Made by a program: the position numbers and the translations under genes
Source: Candidatus Shapirobacteria bacterium
GTDB lineage: Bacteria > Patescibacteriota > Microgenomatia > UBA12405
NCBI GenBank assembly: GCA_041661765.1
Contig: JBAZTV010000002.1
Location: 203,279 to 267,278 of the forward strand
Length of the DNA: 64,000 nucleotides
Reading direction: 5' to 3'
Part shown: positions 59,587-64,000 of the stretch, one piece after another
Numbering within the stretch: position 1 is the first letter of the stretch
Layout of the letters: every line of letters begins with the position of its first letter
Notes under the pieces: generated by a model
What the model was told of the DNA's origin: nothing
The model's input: only the letters and a program-made list of their open reading frames with translations
The model's database searches: none

Positions 59587-60141
59587 ATGAGTAGTTTCAA
59601 AACTAATACCAATCGCAAATTTTACAAAATCAATCAGTACATTAATGCGCCAACTATTCGTCTTCTTAGTGACGACGGTAAACAAATTGGTATTGTCGCT
59701 CTTGAAGAAGCCCGAAAACAATCTTTTGAAACTGGCTTAGATTTAGTCGAAATTAACGGTAAAGCTGTTCCACCAGTCGTTAAACTAATTAGCTTTACCA
59801 AATTCAAATATCAAGAATCTAAAAAACTTCAAGCTGAAAAGAAAGGTATTAAGGGGGGAGACCTAAAAGAAATTCAAATGAGCCCATTTATTGGTGCTGG
59901 TGACTATGAAACTAGAATTAAAAAATCTCAAAAATTTTTAACTAGTGGAAATAAGATTAAATTAAGTGTAAAATTCCAAGGTCGCCAAATGAATCATCCG
60001 GAATTTGGCCACAATCTAATTGCTAAGGTTAAAACCGATTTACAAGATTTTGGAACTCCCGAAGGTGAGGCCAAATTAATCGGAAAAAGGTTAATGCTTA
60101 CATTCACACCTTCTAAAAAAAGCGGAGGAGTAAAAAAATGA
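59587..60141 (+). CDS. infC: Translation initiation factor IF-3
   Basis: INQYINAPTIRLLSDDGKQIGIV N-terminal domain and a C-terminal domain. The true start may be a non-ATG codon upstream. Confidence 0.8.
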   Translation: MSSFKTNTNRKFYKINQYINAPTIRLLSDDGKQIGIVALEEARKQSFETGLDLVEINGKAVPPVVKLISFTKFKYQESKKLQAEKKGIKGGDLKEIQMSPFIGAGDYETRIKKSQKFLTSGNKIKLSVKFQGRQMNHPEFGHNLIAKVKTDLQDFGTPEGEAKLIGKRLMLTFTPSKKSGGVKK

Positions 60142-60347
60142 AAAAACAGAGTAAAAAAATGAAAATCAAGAAATCTGTTTCTAACAGATTTGAAGTAACC
60201 AAAACTGGTAAAGTTTTGCGTATGTCATCTTTCAATCGACATTTACGTCGAAAGAAAAGTAAAAAACAATTACGCCGACTTAAAGGCAAACACCCAATTG
60301 CTAACGCATTGGCTATTAAAGTTAAAAAATTATTAGGTAGACTATAA
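60138..60347 (+). CDS. rpmI: 50S ribosomal protein L35
   Basis: Basic 60-69 aa protein, MKIKKSVSNRFEVTKTGKVLR, in infC-rpmI-rplT order. Confidence 0.8.
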   Translation: MKKQSKKMKIKKSVSNRFEVTKTGKVLRMSSFNRHLRRKKSKKQLRRLKGKHPIANALAIKVKKLLGRL

Positions 60348-60353
60348 AATATT

Positions 60354-60698
60354 ATGAGAGTTAAAACTGGAACAGTTCGACGAGCTGCACATAAAAAAAT
60401 CTTAAAAGCCGCTAAGGGTTTTTGGATGACTCGTCACAAAAGATTTAAAGTTGCTAACGAAGCAGTTATGCACGCTGGTCAATACGCTTTTGTCGGCCGA
60501 CGTATTCGCCGCCGAGATATACGTCAATTATGGATCACTCGTTTAAATGCTGCTTTAAAACCATTCGAAATTAAATATTCTGCTTTCATTAATATGATGA
60601 AGGGTAAAAATGTCGAATTAAACCGAAAAATGTTATCCGAAATTGCCATTAATGATAATGCCACTTTTAAGTCCATCGTTGATTTTATGAAAAAATAA
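60354..60698 (+). CDS. rplT: 50S ribosomal protein L20
   Basis: MRVKTGTVRRAAHKKILKAAKGFW. Confidence 0.85.
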   Translation: MRVKTGTVRRAAHKKILKAAKGFWMTRHKRFKVANEAVMHAGQYAFVGRRIRRRDIRQLWITRLNAALKPFEIKYSAFINMMKGKNVELNRKMLSEIAINDNATFKSIVDFMKK

Positions 60699-60720
60699 GG
60701 GGACTTTTTTAAAAAAAATT

Positions 60721-60746
60721 AAAAGCCCCTGAGAAGGGGCTTTTTT
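60721..60746 (+). terminator. Rho-independent terminator after rplT (GCCCCT-GAGA-AGGGGC + TTTTTT)
   Basis: Perfect 6-bp GC stem, 4-nt loop, then six Ts. Confidence 0.85.
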
Positions 60747-60763
60747 AGTAAAATAAACCAACT

Positions 60764-61789
60764 ATGAATCAAAACTTGGAAGAAATTAAAAATCAATACC
60801 AAGCCAAAATTACCGACCTCAAAACCGACAAAGGATTAGAATCTTTAAGAATTGAATTATTTGGCCGCAACGGTTTGATTAATGATTTATTTTCCAAAAT
60901 TAAAGAAATTCCTAATGAAGGAAAAAAACAATACGGCGCCGATCTTAATCAATTAAAAACCGAACTAGAAGAATTATTTGTAGAGAAGCGCCGCCGGCAC
61001 GTCTCTACATCAAACCAAACGTCTCTACCTACAAAAGAAAACAAAAATATTTTTTCTTTACCAAAAATCGGCCATCTTCATCCTATTACCCAAACTGAAC
61101 GCGAGTTAAACGAAGTTTTTCGAAAACTTGGTTTCTCTGTTTACAATAGCCCCGAAATTGTCACTGACGAATTTAATTTCGAACGACTTAATGTTCCTCA
61201 AAATCATCCTGCCCGCGACATGCAAGACAGTATTTATATCAAAGAGCCAGAATACTTACTTCGTACCCAAACATCCACTATCGAATCATATTTATTAAAA
61301 GCCAAAAGCCAAGACCTGCCTATTCGTGCCGCTTTTCCAGGATCTGTTTTTCGAAATGAAAAAGTTAACCGTAGTAACCATTTCGTCTTTCATCAATATC
61401 AAGCTGTTGTCGTTGATAAAAATGTCACTATGAAAGATTTAATCGGTACCATGGATTTAATGTTTAAAACTCTCTATAGTTCTGACGTTGTCGTTCGTTA
61501 TCGCTGTAAATATTATCCTGAAGTCGAACCAGGTGTCGGTCCCGACATGCAATGTTTCAGTTGTCATGGAAAAGGTTGTCCACTGTGCAAATATGCTGGT
61601 TGGATTGAAATGGGCGGCAGTGGCATGATTCATCCTAAAGTTTTAGAAGCCGCCGGCATCGACTCTAAAATTTGGTCCGGGTTCGCTTTTGGCATGGGTC
61701 TCGACCGTTGGACCATGGCCCAAAAAAATATTAAAGACATTAGAACATTAATGGGTGGAAATTTAGCCTATAAACCCAACGAATTATGA
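60764..61789 (+). CDS. pheS: Phenylalanyl-tRNA synthetase alpha subunit
   Basis: Class II motifs in the C-terminal half (FRNE..., GMGLDRW). Contains family 2 element copy 3 in-frame. Confidence 0.85.
   Translation: MNQNLEEIKNQYQAKITDLKTDKGLESLRIELFGRNGLINDLFSKIKEIPNEGKKQYGADLNQLKTELEELFVEKRRRHVSTSNQTSLPTKENKNIFSLPKIGHLHPITQTERELNEVFRKLGFSVYNSPEIVTDEFNFERLNVPQNHPARDMQDSIYIKEPEYLLRTQTSTIESYLLKAKSQDLPIRAAFPGSVFRNEKVNRSNHFVFHQYQAVVVDKNVTMKDLIGTMDLMFKTLYSSDVVVRYRCKYYPEVEPGVGPDMQCFSCHGKGCPLCKYAGWIEMGGSGMIHPKVLEAAGIDSKIWSGFAFGMGLDRWTMAQKNIKDIRTLMGGNLAYKPNEL
60980..61030 (+). repeat. Palindrome, family 2 copy 3 (GTAGAGAAGCGCCGCCGGCACGTCTCTAC plus a second ACGTCTCTAC), in-frame in pheS (encodes VEKRRRHVSTSNQTSLPT)
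   Basis: Imperfect 28-nt palindrome (12/14 arm matches) with a 10-nt direct repeat 11 nt downstream. Confidence 0.55.
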
Positions 61790-63600
61790 AATTAATCTAT
61801 TCTCAACTTCAAAAATTCTTACCCGATCTAAAAATCGAACCACAACAACTCCGCGACGACTTAACCATGATCGGCCATTTTACTAATTTTTTTGAAGAAA
61901 TCGACAGTGAAATCGTTTTTGATCTAGACATTAAAGTCAACAGGGGAGACTGTCTCGGCTATTACGGCCTCGCCAAAGATTTATCCGTTTTTTACAACAT
62001 AAAATTAATTTCTCCCTTTCGTCAAAGGGAGATGCCCGAAGGGCAGAGGGATTTAGAAATTCTTCCAATCCAAATAACTACTGACAACGTCAAACGAGTC
62101 ATGGCTGTCAAAATTTCAAATTTTAAAAATAACTCTTCTCCTCAATGGCTCCAAACATTTTTAAAATGTCACAACACTAAATCCATCAATACTCTTGTTG
62201 ATTTAACCAACTACATCATGTTTTTATATGGCATTCCAAATCATGCCTTTGATACGGCCAAATCAACTGACAATTTAATTTGGGAAATGAATTCCAAATT
62301 CAAAGAATTCATCAGCCTCGACGGTTCCAAACTTTTTTTAGACAATAAAATTTTAATGATTAACAATCCCGACAAAACCCTCAGTCTTAGTTTTTGGGGA
62401 GGGGAGTCTTGTGCTATTGACTTAACCACTACTGAAACTATTATTGAATTAGCTATCTATGATCGCACTACTGTTCGCCAAAACAGCCGTCAATTAAAAT
62501 CCGTCACCGAAGCCAGTATTCGTCTTGAAAAAGATCTTGACTGCGAATTAATTCCCACCGCCTTTAATCACTTAGTTAATTTAATTTTAGAGAATTGTGG
62601 CGGCCAAATTAATTCTCAAATTTTTGATCATTATCCTCAAAAAACGAATTTACCTCAAATCGAATTTGACCCTAAAAAACCGTCCCTAGTTTCCGGCATC
62701 GACATCTCCACCAATTTTTCCCTCGACTGTTTAAAAAGATTAGACTGTCAAATAAACGGTTCAACTATAACTCCTCCAAGTCTCCGCAAAGACATTACTA
62801 TTGAAGCCGACCTAATCGAAGAAGTCATCCGTTTTTGGGGTTACCAAAAAATCCCTACCAATCAACCCTTAACTTTTAAAGAAATTTCCGACATTACTCC
62901 TAAAGAAATTTATTTAATCGAAAATCTCAAAGATCAATTAATTCAGCTCGGCTACGACGAAGTTTTAACCTGGCCTTTAATTACCAATTCAATTGATGAA
63001 AAAACTGTTATTAAAACCCAAAACAGTATTAATTCCGAGGCCGTCTATCTTCGTCAATCTTTAATTCCATCTCTAGTCCAACAACTCGACCAATATAATC
63101 GTTTTAAGTTACCAGAACCACAGTTTTTTGAAATCGGCAAAGTCTTTTTCAAAGATGGAAATAATTTTATTGAAAAAACCGCCTTAGGAATTTATAATTA
63201 TGATTCAGAAAAATTACAATTAGACATAAAAAATCTTAACCTCCCCCTTGTCAAAGGGGGACCGAGGGGGATTGATAACTTTGTCGAAATAATTTTAGAC
63301 GAATTACTTAAACCAGAAAAATATATCCCTAATCAGCAACAAAATAACGCCATCGAACTTACTTCACAAATAATTACTCTTGATGCCAATATTACTCTCG
63401 ACAACAAAGAAGATCCAATAAAATTAATTTTAAAATATTCTCAAATCATTAGTTCTAAATATCTTTGGAAATTAATCATCACTGATATTTATCAAGATCT
63501 TAAGACCAATAAATATCGCTATACTTTCCAAGCCTCTTATTTTAATTTGGATGACAAAACCGCCAAATCAATTCACCTAAAAACTTTTGATTTAATTTGA
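61786..63600 (+). CDS. pheT: Phenylalanyl-tRNA synthetase beta subunit (short form)
   Basis: B3/B4 and B5 region with a C-terminal anticodon-binding-like domain. 604 aa. Overlaps pheS by 4 nt. Contains family 1 copies C and D in-frame. Confidence 0.8.
   Translation: MKLIYSQLQKFLPDLKIEPQQLRDDLTMIGHFTNFFEEIDSEIVFDLDIKVNRGDCLGYYGLAKDLSVFYNIKLISPFRQREMPEGQRDLEILPIQITTDNVKRVMAVKISNFKNNSSPQWLQTFLKCHNTKSINTLVDLTNYIMFLYGIPNHAFDTAKSTDNLIWEMNSKFKEFISLDGSKLFLDNKILMINNPDKTLSLSFWGGESCAIDLTTTETIIELAIYDRTTVRQNSRQLKSVTEASIRLEKDLDCELIPTAFNHLVNLILENCGGQINSQIFDHYPQKTNLPQIEFDPKKPSLVSGIDISTNFSLDCLKRLDCQINGSTITPPSLRKDITIEADLIEEVIRFWGYQKIPTNQPLTFKEISDITPKEIYLIENLKDQLIQLGYDEVLTWPLITNSIDEKTVIKTQNSINSEAVYLRQSLIPSLVQQLDQYNRFKLPEPQFFEIGKVFFKDGNNFIEKTALGIYNYDSEKLQLDIKNLNLPLVKGGPRGIDNFVEIILDELLKPEKYIPNQQQNNAIELTSQIITLDANITLDNKEDPIKLILKYSQIISSKYLWKLIITDIYQDLKTNKYRYTFQASYFNLDDKTAKSIHLKTFDLI
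62012..62056 (+). repeat. GC-rich palindromic element, family 1 copy C (in-frame in pheT; encodes SPFRQREMPEGQRDL)
   Basis: CTCCCTTT-CGTC-AAAGGGAG, then TGCCCGAAGGGCA hairpin, then GAGGGATTTAG. Confidence 0.6.
63243..63279 (+). repeat. GC-rich palindromic element, family 1 copy D (in-frame in pheT; encodes PLVKGGPRGID)
   Basis: CCCCCTT-GTCA-AAGGGGG followed by ACCGAGGGGGATTGATAAC. Confidence 0.6.
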
Positions 63601-63709
63601 TTTTAACCAAACCAAACCTTTTTATTTTGTAAATATACACACATAATGCGTATTAGCAAACAACACTATTATCTGCTAAACATCTACAAATTTCTATATT
63701 AGCCTATCT

Positions 63710-64000
63710 TTAGGGAATAGTTATTCCTGTTGACGAAGTAGTTATACCAGTTGATACCACTGTTGTAGTTGGTATATAATCCCAAGCAGTATTAATTCCA
63801 ATTCGTGATTCTTTTTCAGTGCTATTTCCATCTTTATCTGTTGCCTTAAATTTAAGCACATGTGAACCATCCGATAAATCGTTTATAGAAGTTTCATAAG
63901 GTTTCTCTGTCCAAGTTTTTCTTTCCACCCCATCCACCCACATTTTTACTTCCGTAATTTTTTTAGTCGAGGTTGTTGTAACTCTAATATTAAATTCCTT
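63710..64000 (-). CDS. Secreted Ig-like (Big-type) domain protein. Partial: the N-terminus lies beyond the window edge.
   Basis: The minus-strand frame stays open to the window end, upstream of the track's Met. DGSHVLKFKATDKDGN is typical of bacterial Ig-like domains. T/S-rich tail. Confidence 0.45.
   Translation of the reverse strand, partial: KEFNIRVTTTSTKKITEVKMWVDGVERKTWTEKPYETSINDLSDGSHVLKFKATDKDGNSTEKESRIGINTAWDYIPTTTVVSTGITTSSTGITIP

Noticed and set aside
56875-61960. Recurrent AA(C/T)AGGGGAGA strings (47305, 56870, 61935) as a possible third repeat family.
   Set aside because: They are only ~11 nt long. Each encodes N-R-G-E/D within otherwise unrelated contexts. This is most simply explained by codon choice for Asn-Arg-Gly, not by a mobile element.
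1341-62429. Short antisense or nested ORFs listed in the track (for example 1341-1583, 6086-6331, 13695-13886, 14263-14544, 22602-22944, 23231-23679, 23813-24142, 26578-26853, 28790-28972, 34335-34714, 40329-40602, 42603-42785, 44944-45135, 46767-46961, 47495-47777, 50554-50843, 55728-55910, 58941-59237 and 62241-62429).
   Set aside because: Each is embedded in or antisense to a longer ORF with clear homology or a coherent reading frame. They have no RBS and show low-complexity translations typical of AT-rich antisense frames.
1-64000. A CRISPR array, cas genes, rRNA operon, integrase, transposase or restriction-modification system.
   Set aside because: No regularly spaced direct repeats and no recognisable Cas, integrase, transposase or methyltransferase motifs were found on either strand. 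The only repeats are the palindromic and direct repeats reported above.

Overview
This is a very AT-rich (roughly 30% GC) and densely coding bacterial window. Its gene content suggests a reduced-genome, fermentative organism. The pattern fits Patescibacteria/CPR, but that placement is inference only. Supporting features are 21 tRNA genes in three clusters plus singletons, short versions of thrS, pheT, tig and a holA-like gene, pyruvate formate-lyase with its activase, butyrate kinase, PEP synthase, and no respiratory genes.

The clearly callable core genes are dnaE, rplS, lgt, ung, pgsA, ppsA, rsmI, lexA, pflAB, purM, tgt, efp, thrS, infC-rpmI-rplT and pheST. The window begins with a cell-envelope glycosylation cluster (two GT2 glycosyltransferases and an O-antigen-ligase-like protein). 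It also carries many secreted or anchored surface proteins (LysM, Ig-like, FN3-like, transglutaminase-like, a GH-A hydrolase, a GDSL hydrolase) and several nucleotide-sanitising genes (two NUDIX, ndk, a gmk-like kinase, ung, radC, a PolX core).

No rRNA, CRISPR array, integrase or transposase was seen. The most interesting hidden structure is two families of short GC-rich palindromic elements that stand out against the AT-rich background. Family 1 has the form CCCTCTT-GTCA-AAGAGGG followed by GGGAGATT. It occurs six times. Four copies are translated in-frame inside the miaB-like gene, a DRG/Obg-family GTPase, and pheT (twice). Two copies are intergenic next to tRNA genes. Family 2 has the form GTAGAGACGCC...GGCGTCTCTAC. 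It occurs three times: immediately upstream and downstream of thrS, and in-frame inside pheS.

Secondary leads follow. A tRNA-Asp-adjacent segment holds an ATP-grasp ligase divergent from a small, compositionally anomalous, Asp/His-rich peptide gene, which may be a graspetide-like pair. A tRNA-Glu-adjacent segment holds gene fragments and a roughly 50-bp direct repeat. Operator-like palindromes lie in the promoters around lexA and ung. Several hypothetical ORFs show atypical A-ending codon usage.
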